DNA of 55,172 nucleotides, filler included, from Bipalium vagum (taxonomy: Eukaryota): assembly GCA_037834085.1 (NCBI GenBank). It is 3 parts of 3 records of this genome, joined end to end, with 100 filler letters (N's around TTAATTAATTAA, not from the genome) between each part and the next. Parts side by side here need not be neighbours in the genome. Positions count along the whole stretch, not along the records: positions 1 to 19,017 come from JBBMKC010013278.1; 2 more parts are not named here. One strand, written 5' to 3'. Positions within the stretch are counted from its first letter, which is position 1. Every line of letters starts with the position of its first letter. The notes below the pieces were generated by a model, which had not been told where the DNA came from, did not search any database, and worked only from the letters and a program-made list of their open reading frames with translations. The position numbers and the translations under genes were made by a program. Of this stretch, positions 1 to 11,029 are shown piece after piece.

Positions 1-1449
1 ATAATAATAATAATAATAAGAGAATAATGATTATTATTAAAATTTATAAAGAACAAATCACAATTTAATCATAACCAATACCTTGAAGCCTGGAATTGTA
101 TACAATAAATCAATAAAGATCAAAGAATTCCAATAACAATTGTAATATTTCAAGAAGCATAAATATTTATTATTATAAAACTCTTACTCTGTCATCGGGA
201 GCATTAGCAAAAACTAAACAAGTAATAATTGTAAAGATAATTGTTGCATATTTGATAAAAATTGTTACGGAGTTTTGAAGTGATATTTATATTTTATTAT
301 TTTATATCTGATTTATTATTTTATCTGGCGTTTCACATTACAGTATTAAAAAATGTTTAAGTTTAAGACAATAACAATAATTATCCAAATTAGAGACAAG
401 TTTTATGTATTAATTATAATTGTTTAGTAATAATATGAATAATAATATTAATATTAATATTATCAACAATTATAAATTCAATACGCAGCTATATCAGACT
501 AATCAGTTTTAAAGCACCCTTTATATTTCAGTAAAGTCGAAGCACAATCTGTCAGTTTGATTATATGCTTTCCAGGTTTCGATTATCTTTATTATTAATA
601 CACAGAGAACCTTGCTATTTCGATATAAAACTTTATTATTGTCGACATTGATATCATGAAACAGACACTAGTGGTTAAGTTCAGCATAAAACATGATAAA
701 ATTATCTCGGAAATATTCCGAGTTATACAAATAGCATTTTGTGATCATTGTTTGTCGATATCATTTTTTCCCATGATATAAATGCTTTGTTCATGGGAGA
801 AAATGACTTGAAAAAATGAACGTAAGGTAAAGCCAATGTAAACTATGACAACTAAACAGATCAAAAATGTAAGAGACTGTCAATCACTGCTATGCGATAA
901 TATGAAATACCCCAAACATCAACAAATAAATAAATAAAACTTTTCTTCAGGAGGATGTGACAAAGAACCTGTACCACAGTCATTTGAAAATTAATGAAAG
1001 AGGATCCCTGTCATTACCTATACGGCTGTAATTTCCATTTAAAAGTTTGGGTGACCGTTTCAGTCATATTTAATAATATTAGAACGTATGTTTTAATATT
1101 GAAAAAGATCAGATTATTTTTGTTGAATTTTCATGTTAAATGTTCAATGCGGAGCATAATGATGTGTGTAGACCGTTTAATGGTCGCTAGGTAATTATAA
1201 ATTATGATCTTCCAATTCCTTAAGATGTATCTTTCTGTGATGTCGTATTTACTTAATCACTCTGTTTTTTCAAGATGTTCTTTAAGATATTCATTGTTTC
1301 TGGTGAATAACCTAACTGAAAATAAACTTGCTAAACCGAACTCATTCGATCTCTTAGAGTTTGATTTAGTTTTTTTAGCTTAGTCCTTTCACCTATAACG
1401 AATTCTCCGAGAACCTTCAAGATCGTCATTGCTTCTCCCTTTCAATTGG

Positions 1450-2180
1450 ACATGAGAAATATAACAAGTGATAAATGCTTGTTTTTCTTAATTTGGCACT
1501 ATACTTTCATAATAAAAACTTAGCATATTTATTTGAAAAAATAAATTATTATGCCTATTATTTTCATGACTCCATCCCATATAAGTAGTCAACAGGAATC
1601 GAAATCAAAAAATGTCCATTATGAAAAAACATTGCCTTCAAAACTTGCTTTTGAACAGTTTGTAAACACCCTCCATTCTATTTCATTATAATTATGGTAA
1701 AATCCTTTAATTAATCCATTCACATCAGAACAATATAGAATTCTTTGGCACTTGCCGAAAAATGGTAAAAATTCTTTTTCTCTATTTCTGTACCAATAAA
1801 AATTTGTATCAGAAATAAGTAAATTCTTCTCCTTTAACCTGAATCCAAAAGCTGCGAAACATCCTTTGATAAATTGGGGTCACGAACTAAATCAATAAGT
1901 TCATGTTGTGAAAATAACATTTGGTCAATATTTTCAAAATCTACTGACAAATAAATTACACTACTTTTACTTTCAGAACCCCACTCAAATGCTAAAATAT
2001 TCTTCGAAAATGTTTGTATTGGTATTTCTTCACTATGTGACACAGGAGTATAGCTGATCGCAAACTGGGATAAGAAATGATTGAATACTCTATGAAATAA
2101 ACTAATTGTGTTTAAACGGCAGAAATAAAAATTATCTCAGTGATTTGTTTGCTCTCTTCAGCATTATGGTGAAAAATATC
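1450..2180 (-). mobile_element. Degenerate Chapaev3-like (CMC superfamily) DNA transposase relic
   Basis: Minus-strand translation gives (W>*)REQTNH*DNFYFC near 2120-2160, FSQHELIDLVRDPNLSKDVSQLL (ORF 1834-2043) and EWRVFTNCSKAS/LKAMFFHNG..SIPV near 1590-1680. These match, in order, motifs I recall for Chapaev3-type transposases (WREPxNHxxDCYFC; FSQxELNDLVRDLxLSK; WRLFIDSSKxSLKAVLLHNG). Many stops and frameshifts; boundaries approximate. Confidence 0.65.
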
Positions 2181-2505
2181 CAATAAAAATGTAATGATTT
2201 ATTGATGGAGGTAGAAAATAAAATTAATCCAATAAAGCAATTCAAAATTACATCATACTTTTATAGAATTTAGAATCCTATTAAATAAATTTTTCAATAA
2301 ATATTTGGTTATGTAATTAATATGTTATCAAGATTCGGCTAATCCGGAGCCACAATTTCAGTCACCGATGATCCGAATTAGTCGAACTCCGCTGTATTTT
2401 TAAAATTTATTATTGCCATATAATTTTTTATTATAAATATATTTTTTTTTAAAAGTATTCTCCATTAAGAAACAAACCAGCCAAAATACTTCATTAAAAA
2501 ACAAC

Positions 2506-5500
2506 TTACTCATCAATACGTAGTGGACGAGTCTTTTTCCTTCTTGGTCTGTATCTTTTTTCTGGACATGTTTTATTTATGGCACTTTTGCGTTTCACTG
2601 GTTTAAGTCTGGAACGATAGCCTTTTGCTGTCGTTATTCTCGTTGCTATTAACCTTCGATTTTCAAGTGCATTTGGCTGTCGTAATATCATTGGCATCGT
2701 GGAATCAGTTCCATAACCATCGCTCAGCTCTTCTTTCAAAGTCTGATCACAAGGTTCTACCAGTTCTTCTTTGATCTCCATATTAAATAGTCTATCCTTT
2801 CTCACACGTCGATTTCTCAAACTACAACGTAAGCGTTTACTAATTGTCCTTTTCATCTTATTCTGACGATTAAATGCTCCATTATTTGCTTTGAACTTTG
2901 AATTTCCAACGCTCCAATGAATCTTAAATTCTTTGACTGCTTTTGAATGTTTGTTTGGAATGTATGGATATCGATTATACTTTTTTCCTGTCATTTTTGA
3001 TTGTTCCATTGTTTCTTCGGAATCTAATTTTTCCAATTTTACAGTTATTTCTTCATCCACTTCAGCCATATCATTAGTGAGACATCTTTGGAAATTATTT
3101 TTCACATTATTATCGTCTTCAGTCTCATCTTTATCTTTGTCTTCGTCTTCGTCCTCATTCTCTTCCTGATAACCGTGCTTTAAAAATTCAGCATCTGTGC
3201 TCAGATTTTGTTCGTCATGAGGAGCAAACACAGCTTTATCCATGTTACTGGCAATAGCTGGAGGCAAGAACTGCTGGTATCGAGCATATATATGATCGAA
3301 ATGTGGAGCAACAATAACGTTCACGCTGGTCATGGTTTGATTGTTATATTTATGTGTCGGAGTATTTCTGGAATAATATTGCTTTCGTTTTTTGGCTTCC
3401 GAACAGTCTTTGACCGACGATTCCATCTCTCTATAACTGCGCACTAAACGAACAAATTAAGAATCGAAACGAAATTCTGAACAGATTCTATACCTTTCTC
3501 GTGCTTCGATTTTCGACGATTTTTTACTTTTGGCTTACACGAACTGGTCTCATTCTGCTCTGAATGAAATTAATCAATATTTAAGATTCCTTGTTTGAGA
3601 GATGATCAAAAGAAAATATTTACCTTCTGGTTGAGAATTCATGCTACTGTAGCTGAATAAAGTGAAAATCGTTTAGAGTTTATTATAAAAATAATAAAAC
3701 CAATATAAATCAAAATTAAGAGCTAACCTGGCGGATAACTTTATCGAATCATCCCCTAGTCCTTCTGGGTTTTTGCCGGTCACAGTTTTCAACACATTAG
3801 ATGAAAATTCTGCATCAGATTTTTCTGTTGTCGAATGATGGGGTGAGGCTTTTCCGGAAATCGTTGAATCTAACGGAACATTTGGATTATCCTTGATAAA
3901 ATCTTCATCAATGTGCTTCGATTGTAAATATGTCGATGCATCGGTGAACTGACCATCGATGCATAACATGGGACCATTTTTCGGAGGGTTAACAATTAAC
4001 GAATAGTTTGTTTCCATTCGTTTAGCATTTCCTTCGTTAATTGGGATGATCTGATTTGTGCGGTAAATTGAATCCAGTAAATTTTTTCTGTCTTTTTCGT
4101 CTACTACCCAATAAGCTCCCCTTCCTGGTCCGCCCTGCTAAAAATCATTTCAAAAATAATATTTCGATTTGTATACAAGTAATATCAACAAATAATGGAT
4201 GCAGCGACAGCTAATGCTTCCGGATATCTATTTAGAGAACTGATAAATAAATATTGTTCATTACATTATATACTTCAGTCAATAAAAAAATTTATTTATT
4301 ATTGATTTATTGATTTACTATCAATATATATAATATATTTTTATAGGAAAATATTTTAATTTTGAATAATTATTTTCTCCCTGAATATTATCTGAAATAA
4401 TAATTAAAATTAATGAAGACCAAAAAAATTCAATCCTAAAGGAAAAAATGAAAAATAATTAAGGAAAAAGCTGTCTTCAATTAAAAGAATATCATTGTCC
4501 AAAGACAGCTGGTACATAAAAGATGGAATTTGTAAAATAAGAAATAGGTTATTATTTCGCTTTGCTGAGAGGAAAATAAAAAATTGAGCAATTTCAAAAC
4601 AAATTGCTTATATTTTCAAAAAACAAAGTTTCAATTTCACTTAGCAACCCAAAATGAACAGTAAAATAAAACAAAAATTATCAAATAAATTATTAACACA
4701 CATAAAATATATTCATTTCAAAATTTATGTTATTTATATGAATTCCTGACAAAGTCTTTAGAAATGACGTCATTGTTGTTATATTTTTAAAAATTATTAT
4801 AAAAACTAATAATAAATAAATTCAATTTTATTTCAATTTTAAAAAAAGATGTTCATCAAATAATAAATTTAAATAATTTATTGTTTTTAAAAAATGATAA
4901 ATCTTTATAAATTTTAATTTATTTTATTACTTAGCTTTGAGAAATAATTTTAATAATATTTTCATTACTGCCAACAAAAAATAATATAAATATATTTAAT
5001 TTTTTGTTTTGAATTTGATATTAAATTTAAAGCTTTCTAAAAGGTTTCTGTAAAATACAGAATATGAAGGTACAAAACTATTCGAAATAAACATAAACAA
5101 ATAAAATTAAAATATAAGCAAAGCATACAAAGTATTGATTTATTATTCTTTATAAAATAAAATTTTAAAAATCAACTTAAATTTTAAAGAATTTAGATAA
5201 AAATAAAGTTGAAAATCATTTTTTTATAAAAATTGAATATTTCGAACACTTAATCAATGTAATAATTTGTAATAAAGAAAGAAAAACTACATATTCTTTT
5301 TAACTGACATGTTGTACTATAATGGAAGTGTAAATTTAATGAACTGAGAATCTATTTTCGGAGTATCCTAAGTCACCTAAAGTCTTTGATAGCAAAGATA
5401 ATAACATTGACGACCACCGATTAGACATGGTATAACTTTATGTCAATTAAGTTCAATGTGAACAAATGCCAGTTGAGTTCAAACTAAGCGTACAATAATT

Positions 5501-8500
5501 TAACTCTCTTTAAGAATAACAATGTTACATAACATTGACATTCTAAGAAGACCAACGCCAACAATCCAAAACATTCCAAGAGAATATTATGTGAAAAAAT
5601 ATTACTCGCACTCAATTGATTATTAGACATTAAAGGTAATCAAATCTTTGTTGTCAACATCCTCTGAAATAATAACTTCTCAGCCAAATATTTTGGAAAT
5701 TACTCAAAATCAGCATCATACATAACTTCAAGTAATGAAGAAATTAAAAACTGTCGAATCTAGTGAAAAATTGACCGATACTGCTTAATTGATACAGAAA
5801 AGGTAATAAGAATAAAACTGCTACAACAATTAGAAAAAAATAACACAACATTAATGACGTCAAATAAAGTTTTTATCTTAAAAGCTTGTACAATTGCAAA
5901 GCCAGCTGCAGTGGTGAATTAAATAAAAAACATGGTGATACAAAATTCAGCAAAGAATATTTAGCTACAATCTACGGTAAAGACAAGGATCACCTTATTT
6001 TTATTATCATTGTGAGATAATATGGTTTCAATGAATATATCATCGGTGTTCTTGATTTCATTTTGGGCCGAAAAATTCTAAATGTTATTATCACTATTTA
6101 GTAAAAGCACTCATTATTTCCGGTTAACTAAAAATTATTAAAAATATTTGAAAATTTGTGTAATGTTTTGGTCAATATTTGCAAGAAGTGGTCGGAATCA
6201 GAAAACATTTTTTTGAAAATAATTTTAAAGGTATCAATCAGTTTACTAAATATAAAATAATTACTATTATAATTATGACTGTCTTTTTTTTCATTATTTA
6301 TAACTATCATTATTACTATTAGTACTATTATTATTATTATTATTATTATTTTATTTATTATTTTATTATTTTTATAATTATTTATCTCATAATAATGTCA
6401 TTTTTAGATAACCATTAATATATTAAATATTGTTGAACGAGTAATAATTGTTAGCAAATTTAGTTATTTTATTTTTAAAAATTAATAACATTATAATCAA
6501 TATATTATTGACTATATTATGAAGATTTGTTAATGAAATGTGATGAAGATATATTGAATTTGCAGAAGTGACAGACAAATGCTGAGAGAAGGTCACATAA
6601 ACAAAGTATTTTTTATGAAATTTTCGTTAAAAAAGCAGCATCTAAGGCAGTAGAATCATTTAATGAAAACATCAAATTCCTCATATGAGATGGTTTGTCC
6701 GCATCAAAAAATGTTATTTTATTTAAGAGAGGTCCTATCTACTGTTAACAGTAACTTCAGGTTCAATCAAAAGAAAAAAGAAATCCACCGAAGTTTAACA
6801 AAGACTGATAAAATAAGCAAGCAAAAACATAATATATAATCATGAAACATTACAACTTTAAATTTATTTAAGCACAATATATAAATTATTATTCATAAAA
6901 ATAAACCATTCTTAGATTATTTTCTTTAGAGGTGAAACTTTTTCATTAGCCTAAAATCACTTTTTATCATTATAATTTTATCCCGGGACATGATCAATAT
7001 AGCAAATATATGAGATTTCACAAGACTTTCGCAAAAATAAAAATAGAAGATGAATTACTTAAGTCTCAGAATAAAGGTTTTATAAATAAAATCATTGAAA
7101 ATTAATAGTTAATAAAACAAACCATAATTCACAAGTGGTCTTATGACCTTGAATGTCCATAAATACATTTTCACCAAACCATTCAATTTTAAATTATAAA
7201 GTATAATACTAATAATAATAATAATAAAAATAAATAACATAATAATAATCATCATCATCGATGGTTTAAAAATTCTTTAATAAACGAATATACGTTGTAT
7301 ATTACATAACAAATTGTTTTTGTCTGGATAATTACGCAAAAAATCGATATTGTTATCATTATATAATAATTTCCCCTCACGCACTTTGCCCACCACCTAA
7401 ATATCAGAAACTGTTGTAGTCAGTGGCCAGCAAGCCTTAATTAAGCTGAAATATTATATAATATTACACTTAAAATTCCGATTAATCGCAGATAACAATA
7501 ATCTGGTCGTCAACCCGTTTTCTTAATAAACCGTTCTAATCGCATTTTGCCTAAGAATTTTGTTTAACTAAACTAAATCAAAAATAATAAACAAAGTTGT
7601 CGAACAATTCAATTTAGCTCGGTCGTGGAAAACTAACAATCATTGTTTTGTTTTTTATTTGAAAAAAATTCCTTCAAAGTATTTTATTAACAAAATCAAT
7701 AAAATTAAATTATTATCGATTAAATTTATAATAATTGACATTATTTTTATTAAATTGTGATATTAATTAGGAAATCATACTATTTCTTAACAATGTTCAA
7801 ATCATTTCTTTATTTTTGTTTAACAGCACTAAATGATAAACAAAAGTTTTCTAATAATTGAAATTAGCTTAAATTTGGTTTTTATAATAAGACCCAATAT
7901 AATTTTTATTAGAACTAATCGATAAGGCCGTAACGTAAAATCAATAAAACTATTATCGATTGACGTTAGAAAAAGATATTTCAATGTTATTCAACATTAA
8001 ATTGGAGCCTGTTGAAAATCAAACTATACAAAAAAAATTTATTCACAATTATTTCCATAGGTGTGATCTTTTTTAATCCTGGTAATTATGAAGAATACAC
8101 CCCGTATAAAATTTTATCTTTCATTAAACTTAAATTATATAAATGGCAGAATTAAAATCTCGTGTACTTTTAAAAAAGATATTAAAATATCGGAAACTAA
8201 TTCACGTGACGTGTTTAGTAACACAATCTTCCATTCAATACGCTAAGGATCTGAAGCTGGTGACAAATGAAGTGGTCGTCAGATAAATTACAGAATTCTC
8301 ATGGAAATACCAACATAAAAAACTGGTTCCTTTGTAACTACAATAAAATTTTGTATATTTTTTGTTAAAATTTTTTTTAAAAAACTTTCTGCGAGGTGTT
8401 TTTGCCATAAGTACCTTAACCCTTTGTAAGAGTCAAATTGGATTTTTCATAAATATTAGATTATCATAAAACGTACTTGTCCATCACGAGGCATTCGACG

Positions 8501-9271
8501 AAACGATTTATTTATAGACAGATTGTGTCTGAGAGAATTTTTCCATGAAGGTCCAATATGCTTGTAGTAGGGATAATTGATTTCACACCATTGATAAATG
8601 TCGTTGACAGTCATTGCACGGTCTTTGCAAGTCTCTATGGCCATGAAAATCAATTGAGTGTAACTAAGATTGGGCTTGAAATAACCACTAGCTTGAGGGC
8701 TGTAATTGTTGATTTGATTTCCCATTTGACATTGATCTGACAACGGTCCTATATTGGAAGAATTGAATGAATTATTGTTATTATTTCTCAAACTTATACG
8801 ATTGTTATTGCTCATATTGTTTCTCATTGATTGGAATCGTACAAAATCCTGGATATTGGAGTTTTCTTGAGATTCTACTTCAACTTTGGCGTGATTAATT
8901 TGCGGGTTGATAAGATCTTCATAACCAGGTGTCGTGTTCATTAAATAGGATTCATCTTTGATAATTTCATCTTCAATGTCGACTAATGGGTCGATATTTA
9001 TAATACTCTCTTTTTGTAACCAATTTAATGGCTGCAAGTCACAATTGTACACTGTGTCCAGGCTTTTGTAATTTTTATCTGACATTATTGACTTTGATAA
9101 GAAAGTATTGCTATTATTTTTGTAGGAATTCCATGATTTATTAAACGAATTAAATGAAAATGGATTATTATAGTTCAATTTTTTAGAGTACAAGTGTTTT
9201 GAATTAGGATAGCTTAATGAAAGCCTAAATTTTGCCATTCTTGCTGAAGTGACTGAATTATTTGCAGACAT
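2506..9271 (-). CDS. Forkhead box transcription factor, FoxN2/3-like (5 coding exons, about 745 aa)
   Basis: Exons 9271-8477, 4137(or 4134)-3728, 3652-3624, 3559-3494, 3443-2506. All introns are GT-AG and the phases (0,2,1,1) give one open frame. Forkhead domain KPNLSYTQLIFMAIE...WKNSLRHNLSINKSFRRMPRDGQ|(Q)GGPGRGAYWVVDEKDRKNLL. LIFMAIE and the post-domain RxNL resemble FOXN2/3. Acidic and basic tracts follow in the C-terminal half. Confidence 0.88.
6580..6760 (+). mobile_element. Short mariner N-terminal (HTH) fragment in Fox intron 1
   Basis: Fragmentary translation GHINKVF..KKAASKAVESFNE...RWFVRIK resembles the mariner HTH region. Very decayed. Confidence 0.3.
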
Positions 9272-9731
9272 GTGGACCTTTATTTCAAATCTAAAAATAT
9301 TTCTTTATTAAATAAAAATAAATTTTCAATATTCCATTAAAAAGTTTAATAAACCAATGCAAAACTAATATTACTGCTAAACTTTTAAAATGTTTCAAAA
9401 CATGGAGCTTAAAATAATTAAATAAAGATTTAAATAAAACAATGAAGTTTAAAAGAGTAACGTTTGTAAACTGTTTGTAACTAAAAGTAAAATATTAATA
9501 ATTTAAACAAACCTGTTATGTGGCGTTTGATTTTTTGATATTTAATGTTAATTTTACTTCCTTTAAAGATTGCATAACTTTTAATATCATTATTTTTATT
9601 GTGTAATCGTTTCAATTTTTATTTAATATTTGATTAGTCCAAGTATGTTAAATATTAATTATGATAATAATTATTAGAAATATTGTTAACTTTAATTTAA
9701 ACTATATTTAAGTATTTTATAATTTTATTTA

Positions 9732-10729
9732 CTATAAAATCCAGAGTATAAGCTGCAGCGCGTATTAGCTGCAGATGACATTTATAAAAATGTATTTTTT
9801 AGTCGTATAAACTGCAGCACGTATTAGCTGCACCATTTACGTAGAAAACACATGATTTTAAAATCAGCAACCTATCATTAAAAAACAATTTTCGCCGTGA
9901 CAATAACCATTTTTTAATCGTTTACATTGTTTATTGCACTTTTTTGAATCCATGATTAAAATGGATAACGATTCTGAACAAAAACAAAAGAAACAACGAA
10001 GATCTTTTAGTTCAGCAAAGAAAAAAGAAATTATTGAATTAGCTCGTCAGTTAGGAAACATACGGGAGATTGCAAGACGATATGATACTAATGAAACTGT
10101 TATTCGACGATGGATCGCCCAAGAGTCTGTTATCAAAGCAATGAATCCAAATTGAAGATCTTTGCGTGGTGGTAACCCTAGGTATCCGGAATTGGAAACG
10201 AAATTACACGAATGGATCCTAATTCAGCGTGAACGAGAACTTCAAGTGTCGGTTGTTTGAATTCGTTTACAGGCACAAGTAATTGCCAAAGAGATGAAGA
10301 TTGAAGGATTTGTCGCGAGCTCTCAATGGACTGATAATTTCATGAAACGCAAGAATATTTGTGTTCGACGGCCTACCACGAAGCAACAATTGCCGAAAGA
10401 TTGGGAATTTCAGATGGCCAAGTTTAGACGCACCATTGCAGATTTAAAGAATGATTTGCCCGATAATCAAATCTGTAATTTTGATGAATATGAAATGAAT
10501 GTGAATGAGTCTCATCCAAACATTGTAGAATTACTAGAAAATTTCACTTTTATTGACAATAAAAAGTGTGATGGTTTTGAGAAGTGTGGTGTTGAAAATT
10601 GAAATAAATAATCTTATCTTCGATTTGAACTGTTTTTTAGTTGTATAAGCTGCACATTATATTAGCTGCAATTCAAAATTTTTGCCTTTATGTACGTATT
10701 AGCTGCAGCCTATACTCGAGGTTTTACAG
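9732..10729 (+). mobile_element. Internally deleted pogo-family (POGK/Passer-like) DNA transposon, about 1 kb
   Basis: TA target duplication at 9730-9731 and 10730-10731. TIRs of 28 bp: CTATAAAATCCAGAGTATAAGCTGCAGC versus CTGTAAAACCTCGAGTATAGGCTGCAGC (reverse complement), 5 mismatches. Subterminal GTAT(T/A)AGCTGCA repeats. Encodes N-terminal HTH (RRSFSSAKKKEII...IRRW) and CENP-B/Tc5 HTH (FVASSQWTDNFMKR) up to ICNFDE, then jumps to an acidic tail. In-frame TGA at 10153 and 10258. Confidence 0.9.
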
Positions 10730-11029
10730 TATTTTTAAAATTGAAAATAAAAAATGATAATTTTCTTCATATTAAAATATTTTGTTTGTGAATTTTTAAT
10801 AAAATAATTTATTATGTTAGGTAAAAACTTATCTTTAGTGTTTTGATAATATTTAGATATTCAGTAATATCTAATTCCTTTTTCATATACTTATATCATT
10901 TTTTACACTTTGTATCTAGAGATATTCAAATCTCATCAGTTACACTAATTTGGTTGTTCTGTTAGAGTATGGATCTTATTTTTTGGATTCTAATTTGACT
11001 TAGGCATGCATTAAGCATAGGTTTTTTAG

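Noticed and set aside
2933-3447. Plus-strand ORFs overlapping the last Fox exon (and similar shadows over ARPC4 and WDR13)
   Set aside because: Antisense or alternative-frame by-products of real exons with no recognisable motifs.
10153-10260. TGA recoding or alternative genetic code in the pogo ORF
   Set aside because: Host genes here use TGG for Trp and TGA as stop (ARPC4, PQLC1); the stops fit CGA>TGA decay in a dead element.
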